DNA of 6,371 nucleotides from a virus (Duplodnaviria; Heunggongvirae; Uroviricota; Caudoviricetes): IMG/VR virus record IMGVR_UViG_2582580933_000012, positions 1 to 6,371 of that record; one strand, 5' to 3'. Shown piece by piece: positions 1 to 4,915 of this stretch (position 1 is its first letter; each line of letters starts with the position of its first letter). The notes under the pieces were generated by a model. It saw only the letters and a program-made list of their open reading frames with translations, ran no database searches and was not told where the DNA came from. The position numbers and the translations under genes were made by a program.

Positions 1-209
1 AAGTGATGATGGATGAACATCCCGGTCTCTTCCACCATCGCACCGGACTGGCGACTATGAGGGGACAACACCGCGCTCCGTTAACGCGGTAAACCCCGGT
101 GTGTATCGTTTTTGATTATCCCCGCACACTCTCGCAGAGGAGTCTCCCTGTCGGGCTGCGGTCTCTGTTAATGCAGGAATACGGTGACGATACGGCGCAT
201 CAGCAAAAC

Positions 210-677
210 TTAGTTCAGGCACTGAGTGCGGATATAGTCCTGTGCCCCTTCCAGCTGCTTCTGCATTGTCATCAACCGTTCTCTGAGGATGAAATAATCC
301 CGTTCAGCGGTGTCTGCCAGTCGGGGGCTGGTTGCATTATCCACGCTGGTGGGTCCGGTGGCTTCACGCACGGCTGCGGAGCAACTGGCATTGACCCGCA
401 GGCGCTTACGACCAGCGGCAACATCAGCGCGCAGAGTTTCATTTTCAGCTTTCGCATTGGCTAATTCTCTCGAGTACTTTGCATCGAGCGCAGCAACATC
501 ACGCTGACGCTGCTGCATGTCAGCGATGGTGGCGGTCACCTGCTTCAGCTCACTGACTTTTTTATCACGCTGTTCTTTGTAGGTGATGGCGTTATCACGG
601 TAATGATTGACCGCCCACGACAGGCAGACGATGGTGCAGATAACCAGAGTATAAATAATCGCTGCGACTCTGCTCAC
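210..677 (-). CDS. Rz: i-spanin Rz (inner-membrane spanin subunit)
   Basis: Translation [33 protein letters not shown]...[26 protein letters not shown] closely matches lambda Rz as I recall it. No in-frame ATG; the GTG at 677-675 gives an N-terminus aligning with lambda Rz (MSRV...) and overlaps the endolysin TGA stop (GTGA coupling). The ORF track extends to a TTG at 692. Confidence 0.85.
   Translation of the reverse strand: MSRVAAIIYTLVICTIVCLSWAVNHYRDNAITYKEQRDKKVSELKQVTATIADMQQRQRDVAALDAKYSRELANAKAENETLRADVAAGRKRLRVNASCSAAVREATGPTSVDNATSPRLADTAERDYFILRERLMTMQKQLEGAQDYIRTQCLN
272..457 (-). CDS. Rz1: o-spanin Rz1, outer-membrane lipoprotein embedded out of frame inside Rz
   Basis: 61-aa ORF wholly inside Rz in another frame. 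Signal peptide with lipobox LVVSAC followed by a proline-rich mature region ([26 protein letters not shown]), very similar to lambda Rz1. Confidence 0.8.
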   Translation of the reverse strand: MRKLKMKLCALMLPLVVSACGSMPVAPQPCVKPPDPPAWIMQPAPDWQTPLNGIISSSENG

Positions 678-1207
678 TGATCTATCCCCCAACAGGCTAA
701 TGCGCTTTCCTGGTCACGACGAATAACCTGTCCATAGCAGTTATTTGAACGTATGCGGCAATCGCGCCCACCATCTTTTATCCACCAGCGAATCGCCTCG
801 CATGCGCCCTTACGATCACCGGCATTCAGCCGCTTATAAAACGTCGACGGGAAACACTTACCGGGGCCAATGTTATAGGGACAGAATGACGCTATACCCG
901 CTTTCTGTGGTTCGGTCAGTGGTACTTTAATATTGCGCTCCACCCATGCCAGCGCCTTATCACGTTCAATAGCGTTAACCTGGTCGCATTTTTCCTTCGA
1001 CAGCTTCATTCCCGGTATGACGGGCTTACCATCCACCATTGTGGCACCACGACAGATGGTCCATATACCGGAACCATCGCGGTATGCCGTAGTGTGGTTA
1101 CCCTCTTTTTCATCCAGAAACTGGTCAAGTATTTGAGGAGCAGACGCGCCTGCAGCAATCAGCGCCAGAACAGCAGCTGACAGGCCGTATTTGATTTTTG
1201 CGCTCAT
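674..1207 (-). CDS. R: SAR endolysin (T4-type lysozyme, glycoside hydrolase family 24)
   Basis: Catalytic triad spacing E-x8-D-x5-T seen in [17 protein letters not shown]-terminus [21 protein letters not shown] is a weakly hydrophobic Gly/Ala-rich signal-anchor-release segment. Sits between holin and Rz; its stop overlaps the Rz start. Confidence 0.9.
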   Translation of the reverse strand: MSAKIKYGLSAAVLALIAAGASAPQILDQFLDEKEGNHTTAYRDGSGIWTICRGATMVDGKPVIPGMKLSKEKCDQVNAIERDKALAWVERNIKVPLTEPQKAGIASFCPYNIGPGKCFPSTFYKRLNAGDRKGACEAIRWWIKDGGRDCRIRSNNCYGQVIRRDQESALACWGIDQ

Positions 1208-1262
1208 GGATATTTATCAGGATGCTACCAATGAAAGATACTGGAAAGCCAACTGCAAAAAG

Positions 1263-1577
1263 CTAACAACCTGTAATCGAGTTATCAGAACTGTTAATTT
1301 TTATAGTATACCGCGCCTCTGAACAGGGGCGCGTTTCTGGCAACAGCTCGTCCCCTTCACATAACCCGGCAGCAACATCCAGGAAGACCTGTCTGATGCT
1401 CCTTCTGGCTGCTGCCTCATAAAACTCCAGCGCGGCACCTTCAACACGGTCCAGCGAGATGTCCAGGTCAAAAATTTCACCGTCAAAGCGTTTTTTGTCC
1501 CGTAACGCTAAAGTTACCGTAACTTTATTCTCAAAATTGCGGATCCCTTTCACAATCAGTTCATAGTTTTGAGTCAT
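1263..1577 (-). CDS. DUF1327 family protein (YdfR-like), function unknown, inside the lysis cassette
   Basis: 104-aa ORF; N-terminal MTQNYELIVKGIRNFENKVTVTLALRDKKRFDGEIFDLD...VEGAALEFYEAAARRS resembles E. coli Qin prophage YdfR as I recall it. SD GGAGAG 6 nt upstream of the ATG; start lies 5 nt after the holin stop. Confidence 0.75.
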   Translation of the reverse strand: MTQNYELIVKGIRNFENKVTVTLALRDKKRFDGEIFDLDISLDRVEGAALEFYEAAARRSIRQVFLDVAAGLCEGDELLPETRPCSEARYTIKINSSDNSITGC

Positions 1578-1581
1578 TGAA

Positions 1582-1797
1582 TTACTCTCCCCGTGCAGCC
1601 TTACGCTTGTCTTCTCTGATTTTGAAGTACAGATTTGTCAGATAAGTCAGGAAGCCCAGAACCAGACTCCCCAGTACACCAATCGCAGCCCACTGTGACG
1701 GACTGACCTGATCAAGCCACTGTAAAAACCAGTAGCCAGCACTGCCTGCGGAGGTGCCGTAGGCAATGCCCGTTGAAATTTTGTCCATGGATTTCAT
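1582..1797 (-). CDS. S: Class II pinholin, phage 21 S21-like, with dual-start motif (antiholin from Met1, holin from Met4)
   Basis: 71-aa product [71 protein letters not shown] is near-identical to phage 21 S21 pinholin as I recall it. Two TM segments; MKSM dual start; SD GGAGGTGA upstream. Confidence 0.9.
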   Translation of the reverse strand: MKSMDKISTGIAYGTSAGSAGYWFLQWLDQVSPSQWAAIGVLGSLVLGFLTYLTNLYFKIREDKRKAARGE

Positions 1798-1862
1798 AGC
1801 CTCACCTCCGCAAATAACGGATGGCGTAGTTTTACACTGAGAAATGAAAGGGATTTGAAAAG

Positions 1863-1882
1863 AAAAAACCGCAAAAGCGGGC
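1863..1882 (-). terminator. Weak intrinsic terminator-like hairpin (CCGC-tttt-GCGG followed by a T-run on the minus strand) in the holin leader
   Basis: Plus strand reads aaaaaaCCGCaaaaGCGGg; on the minus strand a 4-bp GC stem with tetraloop is followed by TTTTTTCTTTTC. Stem is short, so termination efficiency is uncertain. Confidence 0.25.
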
Positions 1883-1957
1883 GAAACGATATATACAGAA
1901 AGGAAAGCACTCTATCCAACAAACCACCCACAGTTAATCGGAATAAAAGCAGAGTGC

Positions 1958-2029
1958 TTATGAATGATCGCCTGCCCGAAGGTTAGTATTTCTGCACAGC
2001 AATTTTGCAAAAAAAGCGATCATTCATAA
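1958..2029. repeat. Perfect 14-bp inverted repeat (TTATGAATGATCGC / GCGATCATTCATAA) with 44-nt spacer, in the leader between tRNA array and holin
   Basis: Arms at 1958-1971 and 2016-2029 are exact reverse complements; each arm contains a GATC site. Confidence 0.6.
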
Positions 2030-2036
2030 CTTAAAC

Positions 2037-2082
2037 GTCTTTCAGTCACTCCGGGATTTCCCATCATCGCAGACTGAAAGAC
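2037..2082. repeat. Perfect 11-bp inverted repeat (GTCTTTCAGTC / GACTGAAAGAC) with 24-nt loop, immediately downstream of the tRNA-Gly 3' end
   Basis: Arms at 2037-2047 and 2072-2082 are exact reverse complements. Confidence 0.6.
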
Positions 2083-2088
2083 TCTAAC

Positions 2089-2163
<75 letters not shown>

Positions 2164-2166
2164 ATA

Positions 2167-2242
<76 letters not shown>

Positions 2243-2244
2243 AC

Positions 2245-2321
2245 TGGACCGCCACCGGGGACTCGAACCTCGCACACTCAACTTAAAGGGTTGACGCTCT
2301 TTCCTGATGAGCTAGTGGCGG
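2245..2321 (-). tRNA. tRNA-like gene with anticodon UUU (Lys-type) but atypical anticodon loop CCUUUAA (C at position 33) and U73; identity uncertain
   Basis: Reverse complement is CCGCCACTAGCTCATCAGGAAAGAGCGTCAACCCTTTAAGTTGAGTGTGCGAGGTTCGAGTCCCCGGTGGCGGTCCA: perfect 7-bp acceptor stem starting C1:G72, perfect D-stem GCTC/GAGC, perfect anticodon stem TCAAC/GTTGA, GGTTCGAGTCC T-arm with one A-C mismatch, CCA encoded. Confidence 0.6.
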
Positions 2322-2322
2322 C

Positions 2323-2398
2323 TGGTGGCCCTTGCTGGATTTGAACCAGCGACCTGGCGATTATGAGTCGCTCGCTCTCACCACTGAGCTAAAGGGCC
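2323..2398 (-). tRNA. tRNA with CAU anticodon, ileX/ileZ-like (tRNA-Ile2 lysidine type, or elongator Met), CCA encoded
   Basis: Reverse complement is GGCCCTTTAGCTCAGTGGTGAGAGCGAGCGACTCATAATCGCCAGGTCGCTGGTTCAAATCCAGCAAGGGCCACCA, which resembles E. coli ileX as I recall it. Anticodon loop CUCAUAA, A73. Confidence 0.85.
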
Positions 2399-2407
2399 GG
2401 GCGCAGG

Positions 2408-2436
2408 ATAATAACGTTACAAAATCAATGTTGCAA
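2408..2436 (-). promoter_or_regulatory. Candidate sigma70 promoter on the late strand (-35 TTGCAA, 17-bp spacer, -10 TATTAT) placing the transcription start 1-3 nt upstream of the first tRNA; could be the tRNA-array promoter or the late promoter pR'
   Basis: Minus strand reads TTGCAA-cattgattttgtaacgt-TATTAT-cctgcgccc followed by the tRNA 5' end at 2398. Hexamers and spacing read directly; activity not tested. Confidence 0.45.
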
Positions 2437-2442
2437 GCATTC

Positions 2443-2467
2443 AAAAATCACCTGGTTAAAAATCACC
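2443..2467. repeat. Tandem direct repeat of AAAAATCACC (minus-strand GGTGATTTTT) at 2443-2452 and 2458-2467, just upstream of the candidate promoter; a third inverted copy (GTGATTTTTT) lies at 2603-2612
   Basis: Exact 10-mers with starts 15 bp apart; third copy on the opposite strand inside the spacer of the cassette promoter candidate. Confidence 0.5.
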
Positions 2468-2518
2468 CTTATCTCCTCCACCAGCGCATTCACCATGTCT
2501 ATCCGAGATAAGTGGCAC

Positions 2519-2543
2519 AAAAAAACCCGCTTGATGCGGGTTT
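2519..2543 (-). terminator. Rho-independent terminator for minus-strand transcription (asymmetric bidirectional hairpin)
   Basis: Plus strand aaaaaaaCCCGCttgatGCGGGttt: 5-bp GC stem with 5-nt loop, extendable by A-T pairs. On the minus strand the hairpin is followed by seven T; on the plus strand by only three. Confidence 0.7.
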
Positions 2544-2588
2544 AAGTTGTGTGGCGAAGCGACCACTCTTAACAGATTAAGATAGTTT

Positions 2589-2618
2589 TTGCGTACGCGT
2601 TAGTGATTTTTTCATAAT
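2589..2618 (+). promoter_or_regulatory. Candidate sigma70 promoter for the plus-strand cassette (-35 TTGCGT, 18-bp spacer, -10 CATAAT)
   Basis: Hexamers at 2589-2594 and 2613-2618, about 45 nt upstream of the cassette start codon; SD AAGGA at 2651-2655. Moderate match only. Confidence 0.35.
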
Positions 2619-2663
2619 TATCTGTATCCTGTGGCTATTTCTCTTGCGCAAAGGATGCTTTTG

Positions 2664-3542
2664 ATGACGCAGCAACTCGAAAACATGCCAATAACAGAAA
2701 TCGAAATTGCCTACGGTGGAGAGGCATACGCAGATAATCAGATCGACGCGAAAACATTAGGCGAAGCCTTAACCTCTCTTAGTGCCCTGATTGAACACGC
2801 CGAAAAAATAATTAATGGCGAAACAGCAGAGCCGAAAGTCAACATCAAGGCAACAAAAGAAGGTTCATTTACTTTGCTTGTTGCTGTGATGGGGAGCATA
2901 AAAACTATTAACGCCCTTGGCCTCGTTGCAGGTGGTGGAGTTGCCGCAGGTGGCGTACTCGGGATAATCGAATGGCTCAAAGGGCGTAAAATCAGCTCCA
3001 TTGTCGTCGATGAACAAAAAGATACAGCAGAAATCGAAGTGGATGGTGAGAAGGTTAAATGCAGTAACGACATTCAAAAATTAATAACCAGTCCAATCAT
3101 CCGAAAAGAACTGGATAAATTAATCTATAAACCCCTGCAGACTGAAAAACCATCCACGTTCTCAGTTTCACAGCAGAAGCATAAGGTAGTCAGGGTGACG
3201 CAAGCTGAAGCAGTAAGTTTTAAAACTGCAAAATCCACCTTTGTCGAGAAAACGCACGTAACGACACGCCAAGCTAATGTACATTTTGCTAATGTTCGAT
3301 TCAAGCAAGGCAAAAGCTGGGATATCATCCTGCCAAATGGCGAAGAAGTTAGCGCATCTATGAAAGATGAGGCTTTTCTTGAACGGGTTGAACACAACCA
3401 AGCAGCATTCTGTAAGGGTGATCTTTTTGTTGTAGAACTGACAGAAACAACAAAAGAAACAAATGGCGCGCTGTCTAAACCACGCTATAGTATTACTAAG
3501 GTTATACGCCACAGAGCGGCGGCAGATAGGAAACTACTTTAA
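2664..3542 (+). CDS. Cassette gene A: hypothetical protein of about 292 aa with internal glycine-zipper hydrophobic segment, no recognisable family
   Basis: Long ORF ending at TAA 3540-3542. Preferred start ATG 2664 (SD AAGGA 8 nt upstream); the track start at 2631 is GTG without an SD. Hydrophobic Gly-rich stretch LLVAVMGSIKTINALGLVAGGGVAAGGVLGIIEWL; remainder hydrophilic. Confidence 0.8.
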   Translation: MTQQLENMPITEIEIAYGGEAYADNQIDAKTLGEALTSLSALIEHAEKIINGETAEPKVNIKATKEGSFTLLVAVMGSIKTINALGLVAGGGVAAGGVLGIIEWLKGRKISSIVVDEQKDTAEIEVDGEKVKCSNDIQKLITSPIIRKELDKLIYKPLQTEKPSTFSVSQQKHKVVRVTQAEAVSFKTAKSTFVEKTHVTTRQANVHFANVRFKQGKSWDIILPNGEEVSASMKDEAFLERVEHNQAAFCKGDLFVVELTETTKETNGALSKPRYSITKVIRHRAAADRKLL

Positions 3543-3545
3543 ATC

Positions 3546-3791
3546 ATGTCAATCCTAAGCATTATGCTTTACATCACTGTATTCATGGCTGTCGCAGCGA
3601 CGGTCAGATATGCTGTGCTTAGGTTCTTGGTTTGGGTAAAGCCGAATGCGTATATTGAACTAACCTACACCGATCCTGAAGGCAGAACCGCTAAAAGGAA
3701 AGTCAGCGTTAGAAACGAAAATGACGCAGAAGAGTTGGCGCTACTGCTACGCGAACTCAAAACTCGCAACGAAGCAAGTGCAGGAAGGTGA
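3546..3791 (+). CDS. Cassette gene B: small membrane protein (81 aa, one N-terminal TM helix, charged C-terminal tail)
   Basis: ATG 3 nt after the A stop. N-terminal ILSIMLYITVFMAVAATVRYAVLRFLVWV is strongly hydrophobic; C-terminus rich in K/R/E. Confidence 0.7.
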   Translation: MSILSIMLYITVFMAVAATVRYAVLRFLVWVKPNAYIELTYTDPEGRTAKRKVSVRNENDAEELALLLRELKTRNEASAGR

Positions 3792-4178
3792 ATGGCGAAC
3801 ACTAAATCCTACCTGGCAATGCAGGCATGGTTTACCACCCTTATCACTGCGGGATTGAATTTCCTTTTTGACTGGCTTCCTCAATTAGCCTTCTTCAAAT
3901 CATTGGCGCCTGGAGCTGCTGTCGGCTTATCTCATGTGGTAATTCTTCTTATCGCTTACATAGGTTTGCCTACGCTTAATGATGTAAGAATGAAAAGGGA
4001 AATAAAAACGGCCAGAAAATTCATCACGAACTGCCTGGCCAACCCTAACCTAACACCAGACCAAATTGCGCACTACAACCAATGTCTTATCGATCTAGAC
4101 AATAAGCTATTAAAAAACATAAATATTCGTATTGATGCTTTATCTGACGCCGAATCGAAAGCTCAAGCAAACGAGTAG
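3792..4178 (+). CDS. Cassette gene C: small membrane protein (128 aa, two predicted TM helices, hydrophilic C-terminal domain)
   Basis: ATG abuts the B stop (TGA 3789-3791, ATG 3792-3794) with SD AGGAAGG at 3782-3788. Hydrophobic segments AWFTTLITAGLNFLFDWL and AAVGLSHVVILLIAYIGLPTL. Tandem stops TAG TAA. Confidence 0.7.
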   Translation: MANTKSYLAMQAWFTTLITAGLNFLFDWLPQLAFFKSLAPGAAVGLSHVVILLIAYIGLPTLNDVRMKREIKTARKFITNCLANPNLTPDQIAHYNQCLIDLDNKLLKNINIRIDALSDAESKAQANE

Positions 4179-4191
4179 TAACAGTCATAAC

Positions 4192-4542
4192 TTATGATAG
4201 AATCAAGCATATACATCCATCAATAAAGCCTAATGCAGTTTGCAGCTCCTTTCTTATAGTTCCATCTGAGCACCTGCGTTTCTTCGCGATTGAGCGTAGA
4301 GAAACACCAATAACAAAGTGAGCTATGAGCAGCTCATATTCCTCTGGTTTATACTTTCGCAACCGAGCCACACAACCGTCTATCATGATGCCTTCATCAT
4401 CATTACACTGGAGACGTGACTTTTTGCCATGTGGCAAAAGCCCCTTGAAGCCCGCTGCTATCGGTTGCCAATCGACACCGCTATTTTCTGCTGCAGCCCA
4501 TGCCCCCCAGCGATCTAAAACCTCATACATATCACGCCCCAT
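4192..4542 (-). CDS. Q: Late-gene antiterminator Q (QuuD/QuuQ-like, Phage_antitermQ family)
   Basis: Motifs VLDRWGAWAA, IAAGFKGL, SRLQCNDDEGIMIDGCVARL and C-terminal HTH-like CSDGTIRKELQTALGFIDG resemble E. coli DLP12 QuuD as I recall it. ATG 4542 has SD GAGGTG 8 nt upstream (track ORF extends to GTG 4551). Overlaps the rusA 3' end by 11 nt. Confidence 0.85.
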   Translation of the reverse strand: MGRDMYEVLDRWGAWAAAENSGVDWQPIAAGFKGLLPHGKKSRLQCNDDEGIMIDGCVARLRKYKPEEYELLIAHFVIGVSLRSIAKKRRCSDGTIRKELQTALGFIDGCICLILS

Positions 4543-4903
4543 TACCATCACCTCTGATTTCGCAAATCTTCACGCCCAGTCGCCCACCAGGAACGAGCTG
4601 ACCGCGCACAATATTGATTTCATCAAACTGCTCGTCGTCTATGAGAAGTCCGGCATGCGTCAGCGCATCCAGTGGTGCTTTCAGGATATTGTCCAGGTCG
4701 CGGCGGCGCTTATCCGGTGGCTCTGCAATAATCTTTATCGCCAGCCTTCCGGACAGTTTTAATTTCAGCCGCTGCTGGCGAACAATAAGCGCCACATCAC
4801 GGCGATAACACTCACCGACTTTTGATACAAAATATGTGCTGCCACGACGTCGCCAGTAAGTATTCACCGTCGGCGGATAAGGCAAAACAAACTCTATACG
4901 CAT
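4532..4903 (-). CDS. rusA: Holliday junction resolvase RusA
   Basis: Motifs PPTVNTYW and RRRDLDNILKAPLDALTHAGLLIDD match the RusA family catalytic region (E. coli RusA has RRRRDLDN...DALT). SD AGAGG 6 nt upstream of the ATG. Confidence 0.9.
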   Translation of the reverse strand: MRIEFVLPYPPTVNTYWRRRGSTYFVSKVGECYRRDVALIVRQQRLKLKLSGRLAIKIIAEPPDKRRRDLDNILKAPLDALTHAGLLIDDEQFDEINIVRGQLVPGGRLGVKICEIRGDGNGA

Positions 4904-4915
4904 CAGTAACCTCTT

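Noticed and set aside
1-38. Possible minus-strand ORF beginning at ATG 38-36 (MVEETGMFIHH...) and running off the left edge
   Set aside because: Only about 12 codons are visible and there is no convincing SD; cannot be evaluated from this window.
70-90. Hairpin ACCGCG-ctccgttaa-CGCGGT downstream of Rz
   Set aside because: No U-tract on either strand after the stem, so not supportable as an intrinsic terminator for the late operon.
99-464. Plus-strand 121-aa ORF, and the 65-aa ORF at 310-507
   Set aside because: Both lie antisense within Rz/Rz1, whose protein identity is strong; no SD seen; composition-driven open frames on the opposite strand.
745-1136. Plus-strand ORFs 745-930 and 933-1136
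   Set aside because: Antisense to the well-supported endolysin gene; no independent signals.
1301-1486. Minus-strand 61-aa ORF inside the DUF1327 gene
   Set aside because: Alternative frame overlapping a better-supported ORF that has an SD and family resemblance.
2489-2543. Mini-ORF on the plus strand (MSIRDKWHKKTRLMRV, 16 aa) running through the terminator
   Set aside because: Too short, no SD, and it overlaps the terminator hairpin; almost certainly non-coding.
2738-3512. Minus-strand ORFs antisense to cassette gene A (2738-3073, 2865-3077, 3125-3397, 3168-3512)
   Set aside because: Mutually overlapping and fragmentary, with Cys/Phe-rich low-complexity translations typical of antisense frames of an A+T-rich gene; the long plus-strand ORF with an SD is the better model. 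I cannot fully exclude a small antisense gene.
2589-4178. Cassette as a known moron (Shiga toxin stxAB, bor, lom, nmpC porin, cold-shock cspB/cspF)
   Set aside because: Protein sizes and sequences do not fit: no AB5 toxin-like pair (about 315 aa plus 89 aa with signal peptides), no beta-barrel porin length, no cold-shock domain.
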